Source: an uncultured bacterium (GTDB taxonomy: Bacteria > Electryoneota > Electryoneia > Electryoneales > Electryoneaceae). From it: a stretch of 45,460 nt of DNA. Location of the stretch: the NCBI GenBank assembly GCA_964404605.1, contig CAYOKT010000004.1, positions 18,555 through 64,014 of the forward strand. The letters are read 5' to 3'. This document shows positions 17,190 through 27,104 of the stretch, in pieces (within the stretch, counting starts at the first letter, position 1; every line of letters begins with the position of its first letter). The translations under genes were made by a program, and so were the position numbers. Below the pieces are notes generated by a model. That model made no database searches. It saw nothing but the letters and a program-made list of their open reading frames with translations, and was not told where the DNA came from.

Positions 17190-18083
17190 TTATCCGCTGT
17201 CCTCCGAGGCGACCGGGTTCCCGAGCGTGCCGATCGGCGGGCAGGCGACCTCCACGAAGTCCCCCTCCGCCAGCGGGCCGACGCCCGCCGGTGTGCCGGT
17301 GGCGAGCAGGTCTCCCGGGCGCAATCCGACAGCGCGGCCCGCCGCCGCGAGAAGCTCCCCCGCGGACCACAGCCAGTCCTCCGGGCTCCCCTCCTGGCGT
17401 AATTCTCCGTTTACCAGCGTCCTGAACCGAAGAGCGGTCACCTCCCCGGGAGAGTCGGGGAAATAGAGAGCCGGGCCGCAGGGGGCGAAGGTGGGACGCC
17501 CCTTCGCCCGCAACCATGGCTTGCCCTCGCGCTTCAGGCGAGCCTGCACGCCCCGGTCGGTGACATCGTTCATCAGGGTCACGGCGAGGAGCGCCTCCAG
17601 CGCCTGTTCGGCATCCTCCCGGCCGGTCAGCCGGCGCCCCGTGATGAGCACCAGCTCGCCCTCGTACTCCACCCGCTCGGCATCCGCGGGGAGGAGGATC
17701 GGTTCTCCGGTGGCGATGAGCGCGGCGCGCGGCTTCAAAAAGAACACCGGCTCGGCGGGCACCGGGTTGTTCAGCTCGCGGGCATGGGCGGCGTAATTCC
17801 GCCCCACGCAGAGGAGGTCGCCCCCGCGCAGGGGGACCCGGAACCGGGCACCTTCAGGGTCGCGGGGCACGATGGCGCCCAGCGCATCCCGGACGGCTTC
17901 GACCGCCTCGCGGGGGTCCGGCGACCGGAAGAGGCTGTCGAGGTCCGGCGGCCTGTCATCCGGCAGGAGACCCCGCGCCCGAAGTCCGGCGAAGGTTTCC
18001 CCGAGGGGGAGCAGGACCTCCCCCTCCCCGATCGCCGCCGGTTCGCTCCGGCCATCCGCCCAACGCACCATCGCCAGCCGCAT
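17190..18083 (-). CDS. Fumarylacetoacetate hydrolase family protein
   Basis: CVGRNYAAHAREL, PVFFLKP, VEYEGEL, MNDVTDR, AKG, GDLLATGTPAGVGPL; start at ATG 18083 behind AAGGAGG. Confidence 0.92.
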   Translation of the reverse strand: MRLAMVRWADGRSEPAAIGEGEVLLPLGETFAGLRARGLLPDDRPPDLDSLFRSPDPREAVEAVRDALGAIVPRDPEGARFRVPLRGGDLLCVGRNYAAHARELNNPVPAEPVFFLKPRAALIATGEPILLPADAERVEYEGELVLITGRRLTGREDAEQALEALLAVTLMNDVTDRGVQARLKREGKPWLRAKGRPTFAPCGPALYFPDSPGEVTALRFRTLVNGELRQEGSPEDWLWSAGELLAAAGRAVGLRPGDLLATGTPAGVGPLAEGDFVEVACPPIGTLGNPVASEDSG

Positions 18084-18251
18084 CGCCACCTCCTTTAAAG
18101 CCGTCCGGACGACATGATACGGCAGGGAAGATAACAGCTTTCCGGCGCGGTTGGACACCCGGCGGATTCAGCGTCCATACCGCTTGATTATCGGGCGCGG
18201 GGTAACAGGGCTGTTGCCCGCACTCCGGGCGATTGTTTACCTTTTCCGGCC

Positions 18252-20039
18252 ATGAAGGTACCCCGCGCCGAAACGCCCGTCCCCCTCGCCCTGGTGGTCT
18301 TCGCGACGTCCTTCGCGCTGACACTCGCCGCCGGCCGCCTGACCGTCGCCGCCGGCATCGGCCCGGGCGCGGCGGCCGGATGGGCGGCTTCCGCGGCCGG
18401 GGCGGCGGACCCGGCGAGCGGTGCGCTCGCGCCGCTCTTCCGGCTGCTGGTCCACCTGGCGGGCCAGGCCGGCCCTGCCGGGAGTATCGCCGCGCGGCTG
18501 AACCTCCTCACCCTCTTCGGCCATGCCGTCTTCGCCGGCCTCATCGCCCTCTGGACCCTGCCCCGGCTGGAGGGAAGGCGGGTATGGGCGGCCCCGATGG
18601 TCGCCGCCTGGATCGGCGTTCTCGCGGGTGTGACGCGCACCGGCTGGGCGAGCGCGCTGATGGTCAACCCGGCGACCTGGTCCCTCGCCGCCCTCGCGGG
18701 GGCCGCCCTCCTGCTGGGTGCGCCGGGCGCGGGCGGGAATGGAAGGGAATTATCCCCACGGCGCTGGTTCCTCGCCGTCTGGCTCGCCGCCCTCGCGGCC
18801 GGTTTCCACCTCGCCGCGTGGCTGGCGTTCCCGGCCCTCGCGCTCCTCGCCTTCCGCGGGCGTCCTCCGGGGAAATGGATCCTCCCCGCCGCCCTGTTTG
18901 CCCTCGCCGCGGCGCACACCCTCTTCCTCCTGCCCCTGCGCGCCCCCGCCCACCCGGTGAGCGGGCTGCTGAACCTCGCCCGCGGCGTGCCGGAGGCCAC
19001 AGGCCCGGCGCTGCCCGGGTGGAGTGTGCTCTGGGCACTCACCCCCGCCGGGCTGCTCCCCGCCGCCTGGGGCCTGGCCCGTCTCCCGGCCGGGAATCGT
19101 GCCGCGCTGCCGCCGCTCGTGCTCGCGCTGGGGGGGATTCTCGCGGGCGCGTTGATCGGCGGGGAAGCCTCGGAGTACGCCGCGCTAATGGCCGCCGCCG
19201 GGGTCGCCCTGCTCGCTGGACTGGGCACAGCGGACCTGCTCGCGCGGCTTCCCGGGGGTTACGGGCTGCTTCTCTGGCTGGTGATCCCGGCGTTGTGGGT
19301 CCTCCACGGCCCCCGGGTCAGCCGGGCCGGGGACACGCTCTGGCGCACCCACACGGAGAATGTCTTCCGCACGGCACGCCTCGAATCGCTGATCTTCTCC
19401 TCCGAGGAGGCGATCCTCAACGTCCCTTACGACTACCTGCGCCGGGCGGAGCAGCTTCGCGCGGACCTGGCGGTCATCAACCCGAACCGCCTCGCCGACC
19501 CGGCCTACCTGCGCCTGCTAGAGAGTGCATATGCCGGCCGCCTCCGCCCGGTACGCGCCTCGTTCGACAGCCTGGCCGTCCTCGCCGCGGCGGACCGGCC
19601 GGATCCGCGTGAAGTACGGCGCGCGGCGGACCGTTTCGTCGCCGCGTGGATACGGTGGGAGGTGCCCCGCGCGGAGAAGACCGGCGGCGTCCTCCTCACC
19701 CACGGGTACAAGCCGCCCCTCGACGACTACCCCCTCGTCCCCGAGGGGCTGCTCCTGCGCGTCTACGACGGGCGGCACGACTATCCCTTCCACTTCGCGG
19801 GGCTCGACCTGCGGCCGATCCGCTTCACCCCCGGCATGGGACCCACGCGGCAGAGGATCGTCGCGCTGTACCCCATGATGTTCACGACGAGGGGAAACTG
19901 GATGATCGAGAAGGCCTACACGGCGGAAGGGTTCGACTACATCCGCTGGGCGTTGCGGATCGATCCCGGTTACCTGCCCGCGAAGCTCGCCGCCCGGCAG
20001 TTCAACATCCAGGGCCCGCCCCAGCACCTCGGGAAGTGA
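18252..20039 (+). CDS. Multi-pass membrane protein, divergent DUF2723/TMEM260 (GT-C)-like
   Basis: About 11 hydrophobic segments, then a periplasmic domain with Y..LRADLAVIN and PEGLLLRV, and a TPR-like tail (WALRIDPGY); family assignment tentative. Confidence 0.6.
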   Translation: MKVPRAETPVPLALVVFATSFALTLAAGRLTVAAGIGPGAAAGWAASAAGAADPASGALAPLFRLLVHLAGQAGPAGSIAARLNLLTLFGHAVFAGLIALWTLPRLEGRRVWAAPMVAAWIGVLAGVTRTGWASALMVNPATWSLAALAGAALLLGAPGAGGNGRELSPRRWFLAVWLAALAAGFHLAAWLAFPALALLAFRGRPPGKWILPAALFALAAAHTLFLLPLRAPAHPVSGLLNLARGVPEATGPALPGWSVLWALTPAGLLPAAWGLARLPAGNRAALPPLVLALGGILAGALIGGEASEYAALMAAAGVALLAGLGTADLLARLPGGYGLLLWLVIPALWVLHGPRVSRAGDTLWRTHTENVFRTARLESLIFSSEEAILNVPYDYLRRAEQLRADLAVINPNRLADPAYLRLLESAYAGRLRPVRASFDSLAVLAAADRPDPREVRRAADRFVAAWIRWEVPRAEKTGGVLLTHGYKPPLDDYPLVPEGLLLRVYDGRHDYPFHFAGLDLRPIRFTPGMGPTRQRIVALYPMMFTTRGNWMIEKAYTAEGFDYIRWALRIDPGYLPAKLAARQFNIQGPPQHLGK

Positions 20040-20059
20040 CCGATACGGAAGACGGGAGT

Positions 20060-20629
20060 TCAGCCAGCCGCACCCGGCGCCTCACCACTGGGAGCGAGAA
20101 GAAGCAGGCGGGTGTCGCCGAAGACCTTGTCGCGGACGGTGGACCAGCCGGGGGGGATGACGATCTCCCCGCGGGAGGAGGCCTCGAAGAGGAGCAACCC
20201 GTCTTCCGCGAGCCAGTCCCCCGAGATGACCGCCGCCAGCAACCTCTCGAGGGGAACAGCGGCGTACGGCGGGTCGGCGAGGATGAGATCGAAGGGAACC
20301 GGTGACCGTTCCGGGCGCTTGAGGAAGGCGAACACCTCGGCGGCGACCACCTTCGCCTGTTCCGAGAAACCGCAGCGCCGGAGGTTCTCCCGGATCACCT
20401 TCAGGGCGGCCCGATTTCTCTCGACGAACACCGCGGACCCCGCGCCGCGGGCGAGGGCCTCCAGTCCGAGCAGTCCCGCCCCCGCGAAGAGGTCGAGCAC
20501 CGCGGCGCCTTGCACCCGGTCCGCAAGCCATTGGAAAAGCGCTTCGCGCGCGAGCGACGATGTGGGACGGGTTCCCTCGGGCGGCGGAACCAGCCGCCGT
20601 CCTTTCCCCCTCCCCCCGGTCAGCCTCAC
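20060..20629 (-). CDS. rsmD: 16S rRNA m2G966 methyltransferase RsmD
   Basis: MRLTGG..KGRRL, TRPT..REALF, LDLFAG.G.LGLEAL.RGA, FDLILADPPY. Confidence 0.93.
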   Translation of the reverse strand: MRLTGGRGKGRRLVPPPEGTRPTSSLAREALFQWLADRVQGAAVLDLFAGAGLLGLEALARGAGSAVFVERNRAALKVIRENLRRCGFSEQAKVVAAEVFAFLKRPERSPVPFDLILADPPYAAVPLERLLAAVISGDWLAEDGLLLFEASSRGEIVIPPGWSTVRDKVFGDTRLLLLAPSGEAPGAAG

Positions 20630-22176
20630 GGCAGGGCGAGAATATCGATCCGGCCGTCCGGGCGGGTGTGGAGCGAGAAGCGGAAAGGCCGGCGGCGCAT
20701 CTCGTCGAGGGTGGAGAGGAGGCGGCGGACCCCCGCCCGGTTGGTGGTGGTCCCCCAGGCATGGGTCGGTTTCAGCCCGACGGCGGCGAGGGCCTCGGTG
20801 AACTGCTCCGCCGTCATCTCGCTCTCCCCGAACGAAGGAAGGTGGAAGGTGACAATGATACCGGGCGCTTCCGGGACGGGATCCCCCACCCGGACTTCCA
20901 TGCCCGGCAACGCATCGCCCGCCAGGTTGACCCAGCGGTCGACCTGCTCGAGCGGACCGCCGACCCCGCAGCGCAGCAGGTCCCCCTGGAGCATCACGCC
21001 GTACAGGTTCACACCCGCGCTGTCCGCCAGGTCATAGAACTCGGCGAGCAGCTTCGTGGAGCTGGGAGCCGCCCGCACCGCGTCGCCCTCCACCTCCTCG
21101 ACGGCGGCGGGTTGCACGGCGGCCCCTTCGGTCGCCTCGCCGCCCTCGCCGGCTCCCCCGCGGCGGAGGAAGAACACGACCAGGACCGCCGCCACGACAA
21201 GGACCGCCGCCCCGGCGAAAAGGGGCCATCGCTTCTTGCGCCGGAACCCGATGATCTCCTCTTCTTCCTCGGGCTCCTCTTCCTCTTCCGGGGGTTCTTC
21301 CTTCTCCCGCTCCCGCTCGCCAGGGCGCCCGGGTACGGCCTTCTCTTCCTCCTCCACCTCGACCGGTTTTCCCACCGGCTCGGGAGGTGCCACGACCTCT
21401 GCGGCTGGGACGGCGGGCGCTTCGGCCGCTCCCTCGGGGACGGGGGGCGCCTCGACCGCCTCCGCCGCCGCCACGGTCTCGGGCTCCTCGACGATCGGAA
21501 ATTCCGGGGCGGGCGGTTCCGCCGCGGGGGGAGCCTCCTCCCGGATCGCCGTTTCCGCCGGCGGCTCCTGCGGCGGAGGCGGGGCGGCGGGGCGCTTCCC
21601 CTCATGGCGCGCCCAGACACGGTACAGGGGCAGCAGATCCGCCCCCTCCTCCACCTCTTCATCGACGAGACCGGCATGGAGAGTGATCGTTCCGAGGGTC
21701 AGGCCCAGCTCGTCCGCGAGATCCTGCCAGTAGGCGATGAACTCCGGGCGGATGACGATCGCGTACGCCTGCCCGTCGATCGGCTGCCAGGCATAGATGT
21801 ACTCGTCCAGGGGGCCGGAGAGGCGCTGCTGAAGCTCCCAGGAGACCTGCTGGTCGGCTTCATCATCCTCCAGATCGCCGATTTCGAACAGCCAGGCGCT
21901 TCCCCAGGGAGGGGCGAGGACGATGTCAAGCCGATGCTCGGGGGGAAGAACCTCAACGCGGAAGGCGACAAGGGAATCACGGATAAGAGCGTTCAACTCC
22001 GGGTGGGTGACGGCGATGGGAGTGGGCGCCACCCCGAGAGCCTTGCGGGCGCATTCAACTGTCTCCCCTTCCCGCCGCTCTTCGAGGATGAGGTCCGTGT
22101 CGTCCCACCGGAGGCGGAACACAGCCGCCTGGGCCATGGCGGTCGCCGGTTCTCCGCTTATTTCTTCTCGCTCCAC
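20626..22176 (-). CDS. Hypothetical bitopic membrane protein (PilM-like N-terminal segment, Pro/Glu-rich linker, TM, C-terminal domain)
   Basis: QQVSWELQQRLSGPLDEYIYAWQP resembles PilM; acidic linker; RRKKR followed by a TM helix. Start uncertain (22176 or the ATG about 13 codons later). Confidence 0.65.
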   Translation of the reverse strand: MEREEISGEPATAMAQAAVFRLRWDDTDLILEERREGETVECARKALGVAPTPIAVTHPELNALIRDSLVAFRVEVLPPEHRLDIVLAPPWGSAWLFEIGDLEDDEADQQVSWELQQRLSGPLDEYIYAWQPIDGQAYAIVIRPEFIAYWQDLADELGLTLGTITLHAGLVDEEVEEGADLLPLYRVWARHEGKRPAAPPPPQEPPAETAIREEAPPAAEPPAPEFPIVEEPETVAAAEAVEAPPVPEGAAEAPAVPAAEVVAPPEPVGKPVEVEEEEKAVPGRPGEREREKEEPPEEEEEPEEEEEIIGFRRKKRWPLFAGAAVLVVAAVLVVFFLRRGGAGEGGEATEGAAVQPAAVEEVEGDAVRAAPSSTKLLAEFYDLADSAGVNLYGVMLQGDLLRCGVGGPLEQVDRWVNLAGDALPGMEVRVGDPVPEAPGIIVTFHLPSFGESEMTAEQFTEALAAVGLKPTHAWGTTTNRAGVRRLLSTLDEMRRRPFRFSLHTRPDGRIDILALP

Positions 22177-23465
22177 GAGAGGTCGTTGTTCTCCACGTTA
22201 CCGGGGCTCGCGATCGGTCCGACACTGAAGATGCGATCCAACAGGTTCTTCGGCGGGAGCGGGAAGGAGGTGTCGAACGGCGGCCGGATGGTGACCCCGA
22301 TCGTGTCAACCTTGGTCACCGAATACTCCTCGGTGTAGTTCATCCGGCGCAGCAGATCCTGTGTCTTCTCCCAACTCGTCCAGACGCGGATCAAGCTGTC
22401 ATACTTCGCCGTGAACAGCTCCCGCTTGATGCGCAGCTCGTCCCGGTAAGCGTCCACGGAGTCCACCGGAACCGTCACCTCCTTGTCCCCCTCGACCGTG
22501 ATCGGGCGCTTGGGGCGGATCATCGTAAGCTCCACGTCGAAGAAGTCGCTCTGGAGTTCGAGCTGCTGGGCGAAGAGGGTGGTGTCACGCTTGAGCGCCT
22601 CGTCCAGCTTCGAGCGGGCGCGGCGGGCGAGCTTGTTGATCAGGAGGTTCGTGATCAGCTCGTTGCCGGACACGGCTGAATCGGGCTCCCCCTTCACGAG
22701 CAGAACGTAGGTGATCTTCCCCTCGAGGCCGACCTTCGCGTTCAACCCGAGGCGGAACCGCTCGCCGCTGATCGGATCAATGGTGATATCGTCGACATCA
22801 CGATAGAGCAGGTATTCCGCGGAAGGTACGGTTTTCTCCGCGTACTCCAGGTCGTGACGCGCCAGGTGTCCCTTCGACCATACCATCCAGTAAATGTCAT
22901 GGAGCCCCTTGCCGCGCTTGTAATATTCGACGCCAAGGGGGTTGCCGGCGCTGTCGCGTTCGCAGGTCATCGCCACCTTGACCGGTTCGATGACATCGGC
23001 GAAAACCTCCTTCGGGACCATCGAGATGACGACGGAATCGGGCAGGGCGGTGTTCGTGTCCGTGGCTTCCACGACCGGCAGCGGGGCGCCGTCCCGGTAG
23101 CCCTGGAACTCCAGCCGATCGAAATGGTACAGGTCGACGAACCCGATGAGGAAGGAGTCGTACGGCGCGTCGTACAGGGAGAGTTTCTCGAATTCGAACA
23201 GCGCCCGTTTCACCTGGATGGAGTCGCTCTTGATGAACGAGACCAGGGAATCCAGGTCGGCGCTGTAGCCGCCCCTGACCTGATGATACCGTTGGACGAC
23301 CAGGTTCAGGTTTTCCATGCGCTCCCGGCAGTCCTCGGTCAGAACGGCCTGCTCTTCCCACAGTTTTTTCGGGTACAGGATGCTGGCCAAGAGGAATACA
23401 ACCAGCACGACAATGAGGATTCGCAGCGGCCAACTGCCTTTCGGCTGCATTTTCTCCTGGGCCAT
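22158..23465 (-). CDS. Hypothetical protein with N-terminal TM anchor and pilin-like helix
   Basis: LRILIVVLVVFLLASILYP, then CRERMENL..QRYHQVRGGYSADLDSL; GGAGG RBS upstream. Confidence 0.75.
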   Translation of the reverse strand: MAQEKMQPKGSWPLRILIVVLVVFLLASILYPKKLWEEQAVLTEDCRERMENLNLVVQRYHQVRGGYSADLDSLVSFIKSDSIQVKRALFEFEKLSLYDAPYDSFLIGFVDLYHFDRLEFQGYRDGAPLPVVEATDTNTALPDSVVISMVPKEVFADVIEPVKVAMTCERDSAGNPLGVEYYKRGKGLHDIYWMVWSKGHLARHDLEYAEKTVPSAEYLLYRDVDDITIDPISGERFRLGLNAKVGLEGKITYVLLVKGEPDSAVSGNELITNLLINKLARRARSKLDEALKRDTTLFAQQLELQSDFFDVELTMIRPKRPITVEGDKEVTVPVDSVDAYRDELRIKRELFTAKYDSLIRVWTSWEKTQDLLRRMNYTEEYSVTKVDTIGVTIRPPFDTSFPLPPKNLLDRIFSVGPIASPGNVENNDLSWSEKK

Positions 23466-23486
23466 CTGAAGCCTCCCCGGATTCCT

Positions 23487-24041
23487 TTATGGAGTCAGCG
23501 TAATGTAGGGTTCGAGCCGCGCCATCCGCTTTTCGCCGATGCCGCGCACCAAAAGTAAGTCCCTGGAACGGCGGAATGGGCCGTTGGTCTCTCGGAATTC
23601 AAGGATTCGCCGCGCGAGAACGGGGCCGATACCCGGCAGGCTCTCCAGCTCCTCCAGCCCGGCGCGGTTGATGTCCACCTTCCGCAGGGTGTCCGCCTCG
23701 AGTCCGGCGACCATCCCGGTTTCGCCCCCCTGCTCCGGGCCCACGTCCACCACCGTGGAGGGAGCGCCGGAAGGTGCGGCGGCGACCCCGCCGGACGCAA
23801 CCGCCCGGGGCGAAGACGACCCGTCGGGAGGAGAAGGAGCCTCGATCCGCTCCACACCGCTCAGGACGACAGGAGATTCATCCCGCTCCGCCCTGCGTGT
23901 GAGCTGCCGGGCAATCAACCCGACGATCAACAGGACGGCAAGGACGAGCAACGCCCGCCTCTCCGCCGGTGTTAGGGCGAAACGAACCCTTTTGGGGTCG
24001 GGTGCGGGTGTCACGGCCTCCTCCCTGTCGGGCCCGCGCAA
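23487..24041 (-). CDS. comEA: ComEA-family DNA-binding competence protein (HhH)
   Basis: LTPAERRALLVL TM anchor; VDINRA..ELESLPGIGPVLARRI..R..GPF..DLLLVRGIG helix-hairpin-helix. Confidence 0.88.
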   Translation of the reverse strand: MRGPDREEAVTPAPDPKRVRFALTPAERRALLVLAVLLIVGLIARQLTRRAERDESPVVLSGVERIEAPSPPDGSSSPRAVASGGVAAAPSGAPSTVVDVGPEQGGETGMVAGLEADTLRKVDINRAGLEELESLPGIGPVLARRILEFRETNGPFRRSRDLLLVRGIGEKRMARLEPYITLTP

Positions 24042-24075
24042 GGGCTCAACACCGCGGCGCGAGCCCTACAGCCGC

Positions 24076-25218
24076 CTATTCACCGAAGAGAACGCTCTTC
24101 ATCTTGTGGAAGAATCCCCCCTCGTCGTCCTCGGGAGGCCGGATTCCCTCGCTCCGGGAGAGTTCCTCGAACAGTTCGCGTTCGCGCGGAGTCAGCTTGT
24201 CGGGGATCCACACGGCGATACGGACCAGTTCATCCCCCCTGCGGGAGCTGTCCAGGTGCCGTATTCCCTTTCCGCGCAGGCGCAGGACCTTGCCGGACTG
24301 CACCCCGGGCGGGATGTCCACCTCGACCTTGCCGTTCAGGGTCGGCACCTGCAACTTCGCACCGAGGACGGCCTGCGGGATGGAGAGGGTCAGGTTGTAG
24401 AGGATATCCACGCCGTGCCGCTCGAACAGCTTGTGCCTCTTCTCCTCGAAGACGACGATCAGGTCGCCGGGCGGGCCGTTGAACGGACCCGCATGCCCCT
24501 CGCCGTCCAGCGTGATATAGTTCCCGCTCTCGACTCCGGCGGGAACGGGAATCTCCACGGTCACGGTGTCCTTCACCCGCCCCTCCCCGGCGCATGCGCC
24601 GCAGGGACGGGGAATCACCTCCCCGCGCCCGTGGCAGGCCGGACAGGTCGTCACCTGCACCATCTGGCCGAGGAAGGAGCGGGTCACCTGCCGCACCTCC
24701 CCATGACCCTTGCAGGTGGGGCACTTCTCCGGCTTCGTTCCCGGCTCGGCTCCGGTTCCGCCGCAGACCTCGCAGCGCACGTACCGGGTAACGCGAATCT
24801 TCTTCGTCACCCCCTCCGCGATCTCCTCGAGGGTGAGCGGCAGGTTGACCTGGAGATCGCGTCCGCGGAACGTGCGGGGCCCGCCGTGGCCACGCTGCGC
24901 GGTGCCGAACACGTCGCCGAACCCGAAACCGCCCATGAACTGGCGGAAGATCTCGAACGGGTCGACCTCGAAGCCGCCGAAACCGCCGGCGCCCGCACCG
25001 GACACGCCCGCATGGCCGAACCGGTCATAGCGGGCCCGTTTCTCCTCGTCGGAGAGGATGGCATACGCCTCGCCGACCTCCTTGAAGCGGGCCTCGGCGT
25101 CCGGTTCCTTGTTCCGGTCGGGATGATACTTCATCGCCAGCTTGCGGTACGCCTTCTTGATCGTCTCGGCGTCCGCACTCCGGTCCACCCCGAGGATTTC
25201 ATAATAGTCACGCGGCAC
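24076..25218 (-). CDS. dnaJ: Molecular chaperone DnaJ
   Basis: DYYEILGV J-domain with HPD, G/F region, four CxxCxGxG zinc-finger repeats. Confidence 0.98.
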   Translation of the reverse strand: MPRDYYEILGVDRSADAETIKKAYRKLAMKYHPDRNKEPDAEARFKEVGEAYAILSDEEKRARYDRFGHAGVSGAGAGGFGGFEVDPFEIFRQFMGGFGFGDVFGTAQRGHGGPRTFRGRDLQVNLPLTLEEIAEGVTKKIRVTRYVRCEVCGGTGAEPGTKPEKCPTCKGHGEVRQVTRSFLGQMVQVTTCPACHGRGEVIPRPCGACAGEGRVKDTVTVEIPVPAGVESGNYITLDGEGHAGPFNGPPGDLIVVFEEKRHKLFERHGVDILYNLTLSIPQAVLGAKLQVPTLNGKVEVDIPPGVQSGKVLRLRGKGIRHLDSSRRGDELVRIAVWIPDKLTPRERELFEELSRSEGIRPPEDDEGGFFHKMKSVLFGE

Positions 25219-25224
25219 GGCGGG

Positions 25225-25866
25225 CTATTCCTCCGCCTTGTCCGCCGATTCGGCGGCGACGACGACACGGCTGGGGCGGAGCAGCTTGCCCCCGAGAAGG
25301 TAGCCCGGCTGGTGCTCCCCGATCACGGTGCCGGGCTTCGCCTCATCCGAAGGCTGCTGCATGAGGGCTTCGTGCAGCTCCGGGTCGAAGGGCTCGCCCT
25401 CCGCCCGGATCCGCTCCAACCCCCGGCGTTCGAGAAGATTCAGCAGTTTCAGGTGTATCATCCTCGCGCCGTCCACCAGCGGGCCGCTCTCATCGGCCTC
25501 TTTCGCGCTGTCGATCAAGCGCTCGAGATCGTCGATCACCGGCAGCAGGTCCGTGATCAGGCTCTCCGTGGCCGTGAGGATGAGCTGTTCCAGTTCGTTG
25601 TTCCGGCGGCGGCGGAAGTTCTCGAATTCGGCGCGGGCGCGGAGCAACTGGTCCCGCAGCTTCTCGTTCTCCTCGACCAGCACCCGGACCTGCTCCTCGG
25701 GATCCCGCGGGGTATAGGTATCAGCATCAGCCTGCGGGGCGGCCTGCGCGGTTTTCGCTCCCGATGCCGCGGCTGAAGCATCCGCCTCTTTCCCACGCGC
25801 GGCGGCGTTGCTCACGCTCTTCCCCTCGCCGCCGTGCTCCTCTCTCTTCGTGGACTTGCGTGCCAT
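25225..25866 (-). CDS. grpE: Nucleotide exchange factor GrpE
   Basis: LLRARAEFENFRRR, LLPVIDDLER, FDPELHEAL, GYLLGGKLLRPSRVVV. Confidence 0.96.
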   Translation of the reverse strand: MARKSTKREEHGGEGKSVSNAAARGKEADASAAASGAKTAQAAPQADADTYTPRDPEEQVRVLVEENEKLRDQLLRARAEFENFRRRRNNELEQLILTATESLITDLLPVIDDLERLIDSAKEADESGPLVDGARMIHLKLLNLLERRGLERIRAEGEPFDPELHEALMQQPSDEAKPGTVIGEHQPGYLLGGKLLRPSRVVVAAESADKAEE

Positions 25867-25882
25867 GATTTCCGTGTTTCGT

Positions 25883-25910
25883 AAAAGGGGCCGGGAAATA
25901 CCCCGGTCCC
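25883..25910 (-). terminator. Terminator-like hairpin between hrcA and grpE
   Basis: On the mRNA strand GGGACCGGG-GTATTT-CCCGGCCCC followed by TTTT. Confidence 0.45.
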
Positions 25911-25993
25911 GTTCATTCCATGCCGTTCCGCAGGGCTTCCGCCGTAGTGTAAGGAATGAAAGACTCCGCTTCCTCCCCCGGACGGTATCCTGG

Positions 25994-27040
25994 TTACTCG
26001 TAGAGCTTCTGGCCGATCGCCGACGCGGCGAAATTGACCAGCGAGACGATCCGCGGATAGTCCATCCGCGTGGGGCCGATGATGCCGATGTTCCCCTCCG
26101 TTTCTCCGAGGCTGTACGCGGCCGCGACGACGCTGCACCCCTGCAGTTCGTCCGGCTCCAGCTCGTCGCCGATCGTCACCCGCACGCCCCGGGCGGGCTC
26201 GTGCGCGCCCTGTTCGAGGAGGTGAATCACCACGTCGCGGTTCTCGACCATCTCGATCACCGCCCGCATCATGTCCACATCGGCGAACTCCGGGTGCTCG
26301 AGCACTTTGCTCGTTCCATCCACCCGGACGGTGTCGACGCGTTCGATCTGGAAGATGCTGTCCGCCGAGCCCACCATCTTCCTCAGCAGGGGTTTCCGGC
26401 TCTCCGTGGTCCCGGCGATCCGTTGGGCGATGGTGTTGCGGATCTCGGCCAGCTTCAGCCCGCTCAAGCGCTCGTTCAGCAGCCTTGCGGCGGCCTGGAC
26501 CTCCTCGTCCCGGATCTCCGAGACGACCTCGAGGAGGATGCTGCGCACGAACCCGCCCCGGATGGAGAGGACCACGAGGATGCGGCCGGTAGCGATGCGG
26601 ACGAGATCGATCTTGTATAGGATCCCCTCCGCCAACCGGGGGGAGAGCACCACCGAGATGAGGGTGCTCGCCTTCGCGAGGGCGTTGCCCGTATTTTCGA
26701 GGAGATCGTTCACCCCGGCGATGTCCTGCTCCTCCAGCGCCTCCGAGATCGCCTTCCGATCCACCTCGTTGAGGTCGGCCTTCTCCATCAAGTCGTCGAC
26801 ATAGTAGCCGTAGCCGCGAGTGGTCGGCACCCGCCCCGCCGAGGTGTGGGGGTGGGTCAGCAGGCCCATCTCTTCCAGGTCCGCCATCACGTTACGGATC
26901 GTCGCCGGCGAGAGATTCAGTCCGCTCTGCTTCGCCAGTTGACGCGAACCGACCGCGTGAGCGGTGGTGATATACTGGCGAAGCAGCGCCGTGAAGATCG
27001 CCTTCTGCCTCTCGGACAGTTCCGGGTAACGACTACTCAT
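25994..27040 (-). CDS. hrcA: Heat-inducible transcription repressor HrcA
   Basis: LSERQ.., VGSRQL, SPATIRNVMADLEEMG..HPHTSAGRVPT..GY, IGIIGPTRMDY; start at ATG 27040. Confidence 0.97.
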   Translation of the reverse strand: MSSRYPELSERQKAIFTALLRQYITTAHAVGSRQLAKQSGLNLSPATIRNVMADLEEMGLLTHPHTSAGRVPTTRGYGYYVDDLMEKADLNEVDRKAISEALEEQDIAGVNDLLENTGNALAKASTLISVVLSPRLAEGILYKIDLVRIATGRILVVLSIRGGFVRSILLEVVSEIRDEEVQAAARLLNERLSGLKLAEIRNTIAQRIAGTTESRKPLLRKMVGSADSIFQIERVDTVRVDGTSKVLEHPEFADVDMMRAVIEMVENRDVVIHLLEQGAHEPARGVRVTIGDELEPDELQGCSVVAAAYSLGETEGNIGIIGPTRMDYPRIVSLVNFAASAIGQKLYE

Positions 27041-27077
27041 GCCCTGCAACCTCAGACATAACTTCCAAACAATCAAG

Positions 27078-27104
27078 GTATACGCAGCCGCGAAGGGGAG
27101 TCAA
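27078..27104 (-). promoter_or_regulatory. Putative sigma70 promoter of hrcA-grpE-dnaJ
   Basis: Minus strand TTGACT (overlapping the ftsX stop), then after 16-18 nt TATACC/TACCTT; boundaries approximate. Confidence 0.45.

Noticed and set aside
21250-21600. Low-complexity CTC/TTC and GGC-rich tract as a DNA repeat
   Set aside because: Explained by the Glu/Pro/Ala-rich linker of the 20626-22176 protein
20560-22338. 592-aa plus-strand ORF
   Set aside because: The minus-strand 516-aa ORF fits the operon (overlaps with both neighbours, has a TM segment); this frame is its mirror
23539-25776. 745-aa plus-strand ORF
   Set aside because: Antisense shadow of comEA, dnaJ and grpE
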